DNA of 63,598 nucleotides, counting the filler, from Octopus bimaculoides (lineage: Eukaryota), in the NCBI RefSeq assembly GCF_001194135.2. It is 4 parts of 4 records of this genome, joined end to end, with 100 filler letters (N's around TTAATTAATTAA, not from the genome) between each part and the next. Parts side by side here need not be neighbours in the genome. Positions count along the whole stretch, not along the records: positions 53,459 to 61,814 come from NC_068991.1; positions 61,915 to 63,598 come from NC_068989.1; 2 more parts are not named here. One strand, given 5' to 3'. Shown piece after piece: positions 60,659 through 63,598 of the stretch. The position numbers and the translations under genes were made by a program. The stretch's first letter is position 1. Every line of letters starts with the position of its first letter. Under the pieces are notes generated by a model. The model ran no database searches. It saw only the letters and a program-made list of their open reading frames with translations, and was not told the origin of the DNA.

Positions 60659-60834
60659 AAGGACAGACAAAGCGATTAAGTCGATTACATCAACCCCAGT
60701 ACGTAACTGCTACTTAATTTATCGACCCCGAAAGGATGAAAAGCAAAGTCGACCTCGGCGGAATTTGAACTCAGAACGTAAAGACAAGCGAAATACCGCT
60801 AAGCATTTCGCCCAGCGTGCTAACGTTTCTGCCA
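60654..60834 (-). mobile_element. SINE family A with truncated tail type 1
   Basis: 'caaacaaggacagacaaagcgattaagtcgattac...gtcgacctcggcggaatttgaactcagaacg...ctgcca'. Confidence 0.9.
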
Positions 60835-61258
60835 CACATCTACACCTGCACCTATGAATCCATAATTATTTCTTTAATTACTTTATTTATTCTGGCCAAG
60901 AATAGCTGTTTTTTTAATTTATTTATTTTTTTTTTTTGGAAAATAGTTCTTCCTAANNNNNNNNNNNNNNNNNNNNNNNNNNNNNNNNNNNNNNNNNNNN
61001 NNNNNNNNNNNNNNNNNNNNNNNNNNNNNNNNNNNNNNNNNNNNNNNNNNNNNNNNNNNNNNNNNNNNNNNNNNNNNNNNNNNNNNNNNNNNNNNNNNNN
61101 NNNNNNNNNNNNNNNNNNNNNNNNNNNNNNNNNNNNNNNNNNNNNNNNNNNNNNNNNNNNNNNNNNNNNNNNNNNNNNNNNNNNNNNNNNNNNNNNNNNN
61201 NNNNNNNNNNNNNNNNNNNNNNNNNNNNNNNNNNNNNNNNNNNNNNNNNNNNNNNNNN

Positions 61259-61295
<37 letters not shown>

Positions 61296-61463
61296 CGGTG
61301 CGTGTGTGTGTGTGTGTGTGTGTTTTGTGTATATACAGCGATGATGGTGTGCACATGCATAGGGTACTATTATGAGTGTGAGTGATTTTATGAGTGCTTG
61401 TGCACGTTTGTGAGTTGTGTGTATGCAGCGATTAAAGTTGCGTACATATACTAGACTAACTGC

Positions 61464-61597
61464 GAGGCGCAATGGCCCAGTGGTTAGGGCAGCGGACTCG
61501 CGGTTGAAGGATCGCGGTTTCGATTCCCAGACCGGGCGTTGTGTGTGTTTATTGAGCGAAAACACCTGAAGCTCCACGAGGCTCCGGCAGCGGGTGG
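61464..61597 (+). mobile_element. tRNA-derived SINE family C
   Basis: A box TGGCCCAGTGG (61473-61483) with an intact D stem GCCC/GGGC, and B box GGTTTCGATTCC (61516-61527). The anticodon and acceptor stems do not pair, and the sequence continues into a SINE body (ttattgagcgaaaacacctgaagctccac). Confidence 0.75.
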
Positions 61598-61914
61598 CTT
61601 TAAGGGTATCGCGAAAAGTGTGGCTGGAGGCTCAGCCTTCCGAGTTCTTTTGCAGAATTTAGAAACACTGAGGGTCATCTGCAATAAGTGTGTAAATCTG
61701 AATAAAATCATATTTATTTTATTCTCCTATATTTTCTTTTACTCAAAGTTAGGAACTTTTCAACACCCACTTATATATATATATATATATATATATAGAT
61801 AGATATAGATATAGNNNNNNNNNNNNNNNNNNNNNNNNNNNNNNNNNNNNNNNNNNNNTTAATTAATTAANNNNNNNNNNNNNNNNNNNNNNNNNNNNNN
61901 NNNNNNNNNNNNNN

Positions 61915-61961
<47 letters not shown>

Positions 61962-63172
61962 TAGATAGATAGATAGATATAGATATGCATTCATATATAG
62001 ATACATACATACACAGATGTACACGCACATTGTATACGCATATACACAATATCATATTAATCGTATTTTCTTACAAAAACATCAACTCAACTTTCGGCAT
62101 TTTCCCTTCCTATCTTCATTTTTATTTCATTTAAGCCCTTTTCATTTAAGCCCTTTTCACACCTTCGCTGCCACTGCTCGTCATATTCAGTTTATCCTTT
62201 ATTTATTTTTGCTCCGTTTTCTTTACTATCTTCGCGTTATCTCGAGTCAGTCTCCTTCTTCTTCGCCATTTTTTTCTTTTCATTTCCACTCCTTTTATTC
62301 CCTCCCTGTCTCCCTCCCCATCTCTATTTTACTTTCACCTGAACACACACACACACAGACACACATACACACACACACACACATACACACACACACACAG
62401 ACATACACACACACACACACATACGCACAAACACATGTTCGCACACGCAAACACACATTTGTTTTCCCTGTTTTCTATTGATTTTGATTAACAAAACAGC
62501 CTAGCACCAGTCCCACCTTCCTTGAAATTCCCATTCTTTCCTCTCCTTCTCCTCACATTGCTCCTATTGTTTTCTTCGCTGCTCCTCCTTTTTTTCTCCC
62601 TCCCTCTGTCACAATCATGACCACCATCATCACTACCACTACCACAACATCATTCCGATCATAATCGCCGCCATCGCCGCCATTTTCTTTTACACCATTC
62701 TCTCCTTGTAGTTAGTTTTGCGTCGTTTTATTTTCGCATTTCTTATTCCTTCTCAACTGATGTACAAGAAATACAATAGGATAAGAAAGGTAATAATCCA
62801 TTAAGAGAGATTTGATAAGATATCATATACACATACATCAACTCTTGCTTCTCGCATTCCTGTGCTTATCGTTCAACTTCGGATTTAGCATTACAATAAC
62901 AATAATAATAACAACTGCAGTAGCAGCAACAACAACAAATGCAGCAATCATCTATGGTTAACGTTGACCACATCTATTTTATTCAACTGCTAAAATTGTC
63001 GATACTTAACAACAAACCACTTACAGGCATTTTCTAGTTTGCTTGTCAAAGAGACGGTCGATTGCTAAAAGGTAAGGAGAATATATTTACGTATTTATAT
63101 TTACATACTTAAACATACACAAATACCCATCACGCATACATACATACATATATACACACATACATACATACA

Positions 63173-63221
<49 letters not shown>

Positions 63222-63223
63222 CA

Positions 63224-63578
63224 TTTACTTTTTACTCTTTTATTTGTTTCGGTCATTTGACTGTGGCCATGCTGGAACACCACCTTTAGTCGAACAAATC
63301 GACCCCAGCACTTATTCGTTGTAAGTTTAGCACTTATCCTATCGGTCACTTATGCCGAACCGCTAGGTTACAGGGACGTAAACACACCAGCAATGGTCGT
63401 CAGGTGATGGTGGAGGAACAAACACATATATGTATGGGTTTCTTTCACTTTCCGTCTACCAAATCCACTCACAAGGCTTTGGTCGGCCCGAGGCTATAGT
63501 AGAAGACACTTGCCCAAAGTGCCACGCAGTGGGACTGAACCTAGAACCATGTGGTTGGTAAGTAAGCTACTTAGCACA
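63224..63578 (-). mobile_element. SINE family B, near full length
   Basis: Head, CORE-like segment, short TA/TG linker, 3' body and (aaaagagt) tail are all contiguous. It links the separate 5' and 3' halves seen elsewhere into one family. Confidence 0.9.
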
Positions 63579-63598
63579 CACACACACATACACACACA

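Noticed and set aside
61464-61540. tRNA gene (and tRNA calls for family A and B heads)
   Set aside because: The anticodon and acceptor stems do not pair, there is no oligo-T terminator, and the sequence continues into SINE bodies.
1-63598. CRISPR array or prokaryotic defence/operon system
   Set aside because: There are no regularly spaced direct repeats with unique spacers and no dense ORFs. The repeated sequences are dispersed SINEs and microsatellites in eukaryotic DNA.

Overview
This is a eukaryotic, AT-rich, repeat-dominated window with about 5 kb of N gaps. It has no CRISPR array, rRNA, intact tRNA gene or recognisable intact protein-coding gene. The SINE families and microsatellite landscape suggest a cephalopod (Octopus-like) genome; this is recalled similarity, not a database search. 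Contents: (i) at least three tRNA-derived SINE families, about 20 copies, several with clear target-site duplications (TSDs); (ii) decayed DNA transposons (piggyBac, a TIR-complete maT/DD37D Tc1-mariner, hATm) and a palindromic MITE; (iii) decayed non-LTR retrotransposons (two R4/Dong-like, RTE-like, CR1-like) and an AAT-tailed retroposon 3' end in 3 copies; (iv) a promoter-like island at about 58.1 kb with a possible signal-peptide first exon on the minus strand, plus several unproven exon candidates. The most interesting signals are: a minimal type-I hammerhead ribozyme fold in a Penelope-like terminus (56851-56896); a second hammerhead-like fold in both arms of a ~265-bp inverted repeat pair (3399-4416); and a SINE target preference for AATAT, including two copies inserted back-to-back into one AATATT palindrome (51239-51244). 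Nearly all long ORFs in the supplied track are artefacts of N runs and microsatellites.
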